From assembly GCA_964525635.1 (NCBI GenBank), contig CAZGJX010000001.1, positions 22,546 to 46,545 on the forward strand: 24,000 nt of DNA, written 5' to 3'. Below the pieces are notes generated by a model. That model did not search any database, was not told the origin of the DNA, and saw only the letters and a list, made by a program, of their open reading frames with translations. Source of the stretch: an uncultured archaeon (lineage in GTDB: Archaea > Asgardarchaeota > Lokiarchaeia > Sigyniarchaeales > SOKP01). The position numbers and the translations under genes were made by a program. Shown one piece after another: positions 9,292 through 15,378 of this stretch (its first letter is position 1; every line of letters begins with the position of its first letter).

Positions 9292-10653
9292 CTATTTTTT
9301 TTTTCTATTTTTTTCTATTTGCTTCCAAAAATAGATAATTGTTATTTTATACCAAATTATTAAAATGGGTATAATTAATAAAAGAGAAATCAGAATATTA
9401 TAGGGTATTTTAATAATTTTTAGATCTAATTCGGTAAGAGGTAATTCCATTATATAAATATCAATAAAAAATAATAATAAAATCATCACTATAAATAAAG
9501 CAATGATATGAAGTGATATATCTATAATCCTAGGAAATAGATAAAAGAGAAGAATATAAACAATTGCAATCAAAATAACTATAACTATAATTATTGGTAG
9601 ATCTAAAGTGTTCATTGTCCAGCGTATTAGTAATGTCGTTATTATTGATAATAACCCACAAACAAAAGAGAGAATATAGAATTTTTTTACTAATTCAGGT
9701 TCTGTTAATGGCCCTTTAGATAGGATTAATCTTGGCATTGTTAATAAAGCATTTTTTTCTTCAGAAGCTTTTATCCTATCATCCTTAAGAAGGATTATAT
9801 CATCTCTTGATTTATGAATCTCTTCACTTTCAAAAAAACCCCTTACAGAGGAGATATAATAAAAGCTATTAAAAACATGGATTAAAAGAGCAACAAATGC
9901 TATTATTTCTAATCCACCAAATAGGGCAATACATGCAATCATTGCACCCATAATAAGTGTTCCAATATCACCAGGAAATATCTTTGCAGGGTATTTATTG
10001 AAGAGGAAAAATGATATAATCACAGAAAAAGAAAGAACTGAAAATATTACGCCTGAATATGAATTTATTATTATACTACAAATGATCAAAAATCCAATAA
10101 CAATTAAGCATGTTCCCGATCCTTCACCATTATATCCCTCTAACATGTTTACTGTGTTAGAAAAAATCGTAACTATTAAGGGAATTAGAATAGGATATAA
10201 AATGTTTAATCTTAATTCTCCAATAATAGGAAAAATTGGATTTTTTATAGTGATAAAATCAAAGAAGTTGGCAAAAAAAATCAATATTCCCGTCAATAAA
10301 GTTAAAGCGATTTTATATCTTGATCTTAATCTAATTCTATCATCAATATATCCAATGCATCCAGATAGAAAAATTGTCAAGGTTACAATCAGAATTTCAT
10401 TGATAATTTCAGGAAAAAATATCAGTAAAAATAATGCTCCTCCTAAAAAACCAAAAAGCATTCCTAATCCTCCAGATTCAGCTATTTGTGGTTTTGAATT
10501 TTTATGAATATCAAGTCCTATATAACCTCTCTTTTTCATGAATTTAATAATAAAAGGCATTAGAAAATAGGTTAGTGCAAAACCTATGATAAATATAATT
10601 ATTAAAAAAACTATCTTTAATAGATTGAATTCATTAACTGAGAAACATATCAT
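9292..10653 (-). CDS. Glycosyltransferase family 4 polyprenyl-phosphate HexNAc-1-phosphate transferase (AglH/Alg7/WecA/MraY superfamily)
   Basis: 453 aa and polytopic. It has 'GYIDDRIRL', 'NTVNMLEGYNGEGSG' (N..N..DG.dGL-type) and 'FPGDIGTLIMG' (GD.GS-type) motifs, plus about 140 aa of additional C-terminal TM helices. Confidence 0.7.
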   Translation of the reverse strand: MICFSVNEFNLLKIVFLIIIFIIGFALTYFLMPFIIKFMKKRGYIGLDIHKNSKPQIAESGGLGMLFGFLGGALFLLIFFPEIINEILIVTLTIFLSGCIGYIDDRIRLRSRYKIALTLLTGILIFFANFFDFITIKNPIFPIIGELRLNILYPILIPLIVTIFSNTVNMLEGYNGEGSGTCLIVIGFLIICSIIINSYSGVIFSVLSFSVIISFFLFNKYPAKIFPGDIGTLIMGAMIACIALFGGLEIIAFVALLIHVFNSFYYISSVRGFFESEEIHKSRDDIILLKDDRIKASEEKNALLTMPRLILSKGPLTEPELVKKFYILSFVCGLLSIITTLLIRWTMNTLDLPIIIVIVILIAIVYILLFYLFPRIIDISLHIIALFIVMILLLFFIDIYIMELPLTELDLKIIKIPYNILISLLLIIPILIIWYKITIIYFWKQIEKNRKKK

Positions 10654-10726
10654 TTTAGATCATAAATTTAAATCAAAGTAATATATATAATTTTCAATAC
10701 AGAATAAAAATAAAATCTTCTTATTA

Positions 10727-11827
10727 TTATCCAAAATTAATTTTAACATAATTGAGACAAATTAAATTTGGATTATCGAATTTCTTTAATTTTTCTTTAA
10801 AATTCATAGTAAAACGTTCATTATTTGGTCCTTTCCTTAGAATTTGAACAGATCTCTTTACTATTCTATCAACATCTCTTATATGTTCCAATGGAAACCC
10901 ATTATTTCTAAGAAAATGTTCTTGCGGGGCAGTTTCACCAGGGAAAAATTCTATACTAGGAACATTCAATAAACTAGACTCTCTAACAATGGTTCCTCCT
11001 CCACTTATGACGAGTCCACTATAAAAACATAAATCATCCAGTTGGGGTAAATAACGCGTTATAATAAGATTTTTATTTTTTGAATAGTCCTTTAATTTAT
11101 TTTTTAAGAATATCTCTTGTTTTTCATTTCTAGCTAATAATAAATATTTATGATCAGGGTATTCATGATATAATGGTGAAAAGATTTTACTTAATAATGT
11201 TTCATTTGGATCAAGTTTATCAATAAAATAACATGCTGCTGATGGTTCTGTTCTCATAATTATATATTTACCCTTCTCTAGATCAAAATCATTAAGAATT
11301 TGATCATTTGGAGTAAATTCATTAAGCCATGCAATTTCATCTATACCATTATATCGAATAATTTTTTTTGGATCAGCATATAGTTCAATATACCATTCCT
11401 TGGGAATACAATTGGGTGTAATTACATTGTCAATAAAAGGAAATACTAGCTTACAAACAGGTATATTTCGGGGTTCATCATTATATCCAATAGAAGGTAT
11501 TTTTAATCCATAGGCAATTCTTACACCTTCAACAGAAGTAAAAGTGATAAAATGATCTGGAGAAAATCCCGTAACTAATGGTAGTAATCCTTTGAGACGT
11601 TCAATATGTAATTCTAATTTATCCTCCAATTTTTGCCCTCCATGAGCTCCAACCTTTTTATAATCTATATTGTGATCATTTAAAATTTGAAACGTAGAGT
11701 CATAATCTCTTGCTGTTATTAATAATTCAACTTCTTCCTCTTTCAACATTTTAAAAAGAGGATTAAACATTATGGCTGTTTTAGGTTGCTCCACATCTAT
11801 CCAGATCTTTTTACCAGAAAGACTCAT
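10727..11827 (-). CDS. DUF354 family protein (GT-B / UDP-GlcNAc 2-epimerase-like fold)
   Basis: 366 aa. The N-terminus 'KIWIDVEQPKTAIMFNPLFKMLKEEEVELLITARDYDSTFQILN...KKVG' follows the DUF354 signature (kiwiDi.hP..v.fF...i..L...GheV.iTaR......eLl). It also has a C-terminal 'GGGTIVRESSLLNVPSI'. Confidence 0.6.
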   Translation of the reverse strand: MSLSGKKIWIDVEQPKTAIMFNPLFKMLKEEEVELLITARDYDSTFQILNDHNIDYKKVGAHGGQKLEDKLELHIERLKGLLPLVTGFSPDHFITFTSVEGVRIAYGLKIPSIGYNDEPRNIPVCKLVFPFIDNVITPNCIPKEWYIELYADPKKIIRYNGIDEIAWLNEFTPNDQILNDFDLEKGKYIIMRTEPSAACYFIDKLDPNETLLSKIFSPLYHEYPDHKYLLLARNEKQEIFLKNKLKDYSKNKNLIITRYLPQLDDLCFYSGLVISGGGTIVRESSLLNVPSIEFFPGETAPQEHFLRNNGFPLEHIRDVDRIVKRSVQILRKGPNNERFTMNFKEKLKKFDNPNLICLNYVKINFG

Positions 11828-12289
11828 TTTTAAAAGTAATAATTTATATTTTGAAAATAATAATTATTTGTTATATTAAAACTTAGTGAACCATAGGCCT
11901 TAGGAAATTGAATTTCATTCTTTTTCATGATACTGCTGTTAAGGTTTGGCTTGTATATCATAAAAAACCAATTCAATGTTTTAAAAACAATTATTCAATG
12001 ATGAATGAGATATAAAACAGAAAATGAAATTAATTATCAAATTTGATTTTCTATAATATTATAATTCTTTTTTCTAAGAAAGGAATATTGGGTTCTTCAG
12101 CAAATATTACATTACAACCTTATTATTTCTATTAGATCACTTATAAAAATATTATTTCATCTGTTTATTGAAATTTTATAAAATCTTATTATTATTTATA
12201 AAAATCAAAAAATCCTCACTCTTTAGGAATTTATCTTTTTATAATTCCTTTGGTATTATAATTTTATTCTTATCCTAATAATATATATT

Positions 12290-12916
12290 ATGAGTTCAGA
12301 ACAATTATTAAAAATTGGAGATGTTGCCACTCTCTTAGGGGTTACCACCCAAACTTTAAGAAATTGGGCGAATAACGGATATATGGATGCCATCATTGGA
12401 AAAGGAGGACATAGAAGATTTCGAAGGAGTGAAATCGAACGACTTATGGAACTGAAAGAACCAGAAGGTAACGTTAAGAAATGTCTTCTATATTGTAGAG
12501 TTTCTACATCCATTCAAAAAGATAATTTAGAGCGCCAACTAGAAAGACTTACATCCTTTGCTTTATCGAATGGCTTTATAATTGAAGGAATTTATAAAGA
12601 CATTGCCAGTGGAATGAATTTTAAAAGACGAGGGTTATTGAAGCTTTTAGATTATTGTCAAAAGCATCGTATAAACACAGTTGTTATAGAATATAAGGAC
12701 AGATTAGCAAGATTTGGAGTAGATTTGCTAAGAGAAATTTTAAATTCCTTTGGCACGGAATTAATGATTGTAAATGCTACAGATTCAGATTATAAGCAAG
12801 AAATAATTGATGATATGATTGCTATTATCATTCATTTTAGCAATCAACTGTACGGAAAGCGAAAGGGAAAGAATAAAGTAAATATAATAAAAAAAGAACT
12901 TTTAAAAGGGATATAA
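12290..12916 (+). CDS. tnpA: IS607-type transposase TnpA (MerR-like HTH + serine recombinase/resolvase catalytic domain)
   Basis: 208 aa. The HTH is 'LLKIGDVATLLGVTTQTLRNWANNG'. The catalytic-serine motif is 'LLYCRVSTSIQKDNLERQLERL'. Also present are 'DIASGMNFKRRGLLKLL', 'VVIEYKDRLARFG' and 'IIHFSNQLYGKRKGK'. These are all canonical for IS607 TnpA. Confidence 0.9.
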   Translation: MSSEQLLKIGDVATLLGVTTQTLRNWANNGYMDAIIGKGGHRRFRRSEIERLMELKEPEGNVKKCLLYCRVSTSIQKDNLERQLERLTSFALSNGFIIEGIYKDIASGMNFKRRGLLKLLDYCQKHRINTVVIEYKDRLARFGVDLLREILNSFGTELMIVNATDSDYKQEIIDDMIAIIIHFSNQLYGKRKGKNKVNIIKKELLKGI

Positions 12917-12961
12917 AAAACGATTTTTTATTTAAATAAATACACATATAGAGAGTAGTAG

Positions 12962-14497
12962 ATGATACAAACTATTAAATTTCGACTGCATCCGACACTC
13001 TCACAAGAGCACCAATTACATGAAATCTTTACTATCTATAATAGAATCAAGCGAAAAGGTTATAATCTATTTTATGAAAAGAGAGATTTATTCTTTTCAG
13101 AAAATGCCGAGGTCAGAAAAGAGTTAGATAAAGAAATACATCAGAAACTAATGAAGGTATGTCATAATAATCCTTATGTAAATAGCATTCGTATTGATTG
13201 TAAGAATAAGTTAACTCAACAACAAACATGGTTGGAGAAGCGAGAAACTTATCTTACTCATCAGATAACGACTATTTTGGAGAAGATTGAACAAATAAAA
13301 GAAATGGATAAAAAAGATAGACGATTAAAAGGGCTCTATTCTCGTCTATCCTCTGTCCAACTTAAATTAGCTACTCTTCACTTCAAATCTATTATATTTG
13401 GAACCAAACGATTGTTTCGAGAGCGAATTTTAAGGAAGCTTAGCAGAGAGGAATTTAGAATCAGGAGAGATTCTTCTTTTTGTTGCGTGGGAAAAAAGCA
13501 AGGTATTAATTTGAATTTAAAAGTCCTTCCCAATGCAACCCTACGGATTCGTACTTTTTCTAAGGAAAAAGAGAAAAAATGGTTAATTTTACCCTTTACG
13601 GTCAATTACACGCAAGGGAAATGGTTTAACGAAATCCTTAGATTAGAATTATATCAAGTAGAAATAATTAGGCGGTTCTATAAGGGAAATATTCGATATT
13701 TTGCTCATGTATCCTATGAAACTCCTGAGATGGAACCGATATATGGATTTGAACATGGGGCAGTCGGGCTTGACATGAATTATAACTTTGTTTCCCTTAG
13801 TAATATAGATAACCATGGAAATTTTAAGAGTTTTCATGGAATTCGTTTTAAGAATTTGCACTCATATCGTAAATACAAGCGTTTGGATTATATTAGCTAT
13901 AAAATGGATAAAGTGGTAAATTATTGCATTAATAAGAAGAAAGGACTAGTTGTTGAAGACCTTTCTTTTGAACATGAATTTTCTTATGGGAAAAAACGCA
14001 ATAGAAAATTAAGCAATTTTAAACTATCAGCATTAGAATTATTAGAACGAAAATGCTTTAAAAAATGGATTATGATAAAGAGAGTACATCCAGCATATAC
14101 CTCGTTAATTGGTAAATATAAATATTCACGATTATATAACTTATCTACTCATGTGTTAGCAAGTTATGTAATAGCTCGAAAAGGTTTAAGGATTAAGGAA
14201 GAGATTCCACCCAATTACAAGTGGGTGCTTGCACAAGTCGGGGACGTTATAAAGCCCCGTTTGAAACCAAGCAGTCCCTACCGCGATTGGGCTAAACTTC
14301 ACGACTTTTTCAAGTATAGCGGGATAACTTCCTTCAAGACTTCCGAAGTAATGATTAAAACATTACTAATGAAGCATGTCCTGAACTCGGTGACGAGCGA
14401 ACCGCCTGATAACCTTAAGGCGGGTCTTTCCCCCACAGGAAAGATTGATAATTGGAATAAATTTTGGAATTTTACAGAAATTACCAATTTTTTATAA
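12962..14497 (+). CDS. tnpB: TnpB-family (IS605 OrfB / RuvC-like) protein, atypical: no zinc finger, and His at the expected third RuvC Asp
   Basis: 511 aa. The N-terminus 'IQTIKFRLHPTLSQEHQL...IYNRIKRKGYN' is of the TnpB WED/REC type. RuvC-I is 'GAVGLDMN' (Asp271, nt 13772-13774). RuvC-II is 'GLVVEDLSF' (Glu332, nt 13955-13957). 'VHPAYTSLIG' corresponds to the TnpB 'p.yTSq.C' segment. No CxxC...CxxC follows, and 'STHVLASYVIARKG' sits where D-x-NAA-x-NI-A is expected (His397, nt 14150-14152). Confidence 0.8.
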   Translation: MIQTIKFRLHPTLSQEHQLHEIFTIYNRIKRKGYNLFYEKRDLFFSENAEVRKELDKEIHQKLMKVCHNNPYVNSIRIDCKNKLTQQQTWLEKRETYLTHQITTILEKIEQIKEMDKKDRRLKGLYSRLSSVQLKLATLHFKSIIFGTKRLFRERILRKLSREEFRIRRDSSFCCVGKKQGINLNLKVLPNATLRIRTFSKEKEKKWLILPFTVNYTQGKWFNEILRLELYQVEIIRRFYKGNIRYFAHVSYETPEMEPIYGFEHGAVGLDMNYNFVSLSNIDNHGNFKSFHGIRFKNLHSYRKYKRLDYISYKMDKVVNYCINKKKGLVVEDLSFEHEFSYGKKRNRKLSNFKLSALELLERKCFKKWIMIKRVHPAYTSLIGKYKYSRLYNLSTHVLASYVIARKGLRIKEEIPPNYKWVLAQVGDVIKPRLKPSSPYRDWAKLHDFFKYSGITSFKTSEVMIKTLLMKHVLNSVTSEPPDNLKAGLSPTGKIDNWNKFWNFTEITNFL

Positions 14498-14500
14498 ATA
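14215..14500 (+). ncRNA. Candidate omega RNA (reRNA) scaffold overlapping the tnpB 3' end
   Basis: There is a local G+C island: my hand count over 14221-14460 is 110/240, about 46%. For comparison, 13021-13080 in the same gene is 13/60 and 14521-14580 is 7/60. It contains five short perfect stem-loops: 14239-14243/14255-14259 (CGGGG/CCCCG), 14348-14353/14361-14366 (GTAATG/CATTAC), 14386-14389/14394-14397 (CTCG/CGAG, GTGA loop), 14402-14406/14419-14423 (CCGCC/GGCGG) and 14426-14431/14438-14443 (CTTTCC/GGAAAG). The position matches where TnpB omega RNAs are encoded. The exact ends are unknown. Confidence 0.4.
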
Positions 14501-14581
14501 ATTTGAAGGTTAATTATAAAATCTATCTTTTAATATTATCTAGTTTTTTTTTATGAAAAATTAATAATTAAAAGAGAAAAT

Positions 14582-14653
14582 AGCCCGGCACGGACTCGAA
14601 CCGTGGTCACAGGGTTCAAAGCCCCGTATGCTTGGCCACTACACCACCGGGCT
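14582..14653 (-). tRNA. tRNA-Gln (anticodon UUG)
   Basis: The minus strand reads AGCCCGG-UG-GUGU-AGUGGCCAA-GCAU-A-CGGGG-CUUUGAA-CCCUG-UGAC-CACGG-UUCGAGU-CCGUG-CCGGGCU (72 nt). The 7-bp acceptor is perfect, with the A1:U72 pair typical of archaeal tRNA-Gln. It has a D loop with GG, a T loop UUCGAGU, and an anticodon loop C-U-UUG-A-A. There is no intron and no encoded CCA. It is followed on its strand by the discriminator A and a T-rich tract (ATTTTCTCTTTT). Confidence 0.9.
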
Positions 14654-14708
14654 AATATAGATATATTAGAATAATCTAAAGTTTTATTTACTATTAGTAT
14701 TAAATAGT

Positions 14709-15332
14709 TTATAGGTTAAAAGGTTTAAGATTTCTATTTAAAATTTCTTTATCTAAAAATTCTTGATTTTCTTTGAGGAATTGGATATCTTTCTCTTTTT
14801 CTCTATATTCGTCAGGTAACATCCTAGGAATTGAATCTTTAATTGGATACCACCTATTACAGTTATTACATAAAATCAATCCTGTCTTAATCTCTATCTC
14901 AATTTTTATTCTATTTAGAAAATTCAATTCTGGTAATATTTTTTCAATTTCATTTAAATTTGAATAATCTCTAAATTGAAGTATCTTTTCTTTTATTTTT
15001 GTTTTTACCATATCAATACATTCCTTACTTAGATTAAAAGAAGAGTTATCACTAATAAAATCAAATTCTTCTACACTAGAGATTATAAATTTTATATAAT
15101 CATCAATTCTGATTTTCTCTATGACAATATTATCTCTAATATAAATTTGATCATCCTCTTTCGTCCATTCAGGTATTTTTTCTTTTATATGATATTTAAT
15201 ATCCGTTTTGATATATTTATCTAAAAGATTTTTAAAAAAATCCTCATCTGATTCATAAGTAAAAATAAATAAATTTAAAGGATAATGTTTACAAATCGGA
15301 CATGCTAAAATATCAAAAAGCCAAGGCTTCAT
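14709..15332 (-). CDS. Trm112-like zinc-knuckle protein with a large (~125 aa) internal insertion
   Basis: 207 aa. The N-terminal 'LFDILACPICKHYPL' and the distal 'LILCNNCNRWYPIKDSIPRMLPDE' are the two halves of the Trm112/UPF0434 fold (lL.iLvCP.Ck..L ... L.C..C...YPI.dGIP.mL.dE). Four Cys are available for Zn. Confidence 0.6.
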   Translation of the reverse strand: MKPWLFDILACPICKHYPLNLFIFTYESDEDFFKNLLDKYIKTDIKYHIKEKIPEWTKEDDQIYIRDNIVIEKIRIDDYIKFIISSVEEFDFISDNSSFNLSKECIDMVKTKIKEKILQFRDYSNLNEIEKILPELNFLNRIKIEIEIKTGLILCNNCNRWYPIKDSIPRMLPDEYREKEKDIQFLKENQEFLDKEILNRNLKPFNL

Positions 15333-15378
15333 GATTTTATTTTTTTTATTTTTTTTTTTATAAATAATGGAAAAAAAA

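Larger units (their letters stand above)
12176..14524 (+). mobile_element. IS607-family insertion sequence (IS200/IS605 superfamily: serine-recombinase tnpA + tnpB). Ends are only approximate.
   Basis: tnpA (MerR-HTH + serine recombinase) is followed 45 nt later by co-oriented tnpB, which is the diagnostic IS607 organisation. G+C is visibly higher than in the flanks. The tentative bounds come from an 11-nt direct repeat TTATAAAATCT (12176-12186 and 14514-14524). Inside that repeat are GGAAT(T) motifs near both ends (12225-12231, 12243-12249 inverted, 14452-14458, 14464-14470). Confidence 0.7.

Noticed and set aside
9998-10507. A 169-aa plus-strand ORF in the ORF track
   Set aside because: It lies entirely antisense within the GT4-family transferase gene, which has clear family motifs. 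The sequence is low-complexity and there is no independent evidence for it. The same reasoning applies to the antisense ORFs 5359-5553, 7601-7783, 7902-8090, 14773-14967, 15620-15943, 16509-16706, 16940-17254, 17378-17563 and 17693-17902.
11998-12004. ATGATGA in the long ORF-free region upstream of tnpA as a C/D box sRNA
   Set aside because: No downstream CTGA D box and no terminal stem. This is expected by chance in AT-rich sequence.
11828-12289. A duplicated tRNA-Gln 3' fragment (att-type repeat) at the left side of the IS, which would indicate tRNA-targeted integration
   Set aside because: I could not find any segment matching the tRNA (for example GGACTCGAACC or AGCCCGG) in the left flank. 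The element is serine-recombinase IS607 type, which does not create such repeats. Proximity to the tRNA is noted only as context.
12256-14487. Minus-strand ORFs 12256-12513, 13378-13605, 13649-13861 and 14299-14487 inside the IS element
   Set aside because: All are antisense to tnpA or tnpB, which have strong family signatures. They show no motifs. ORF 14299-14487 overlaps the GC-rich structured region, where open frames arise easily.
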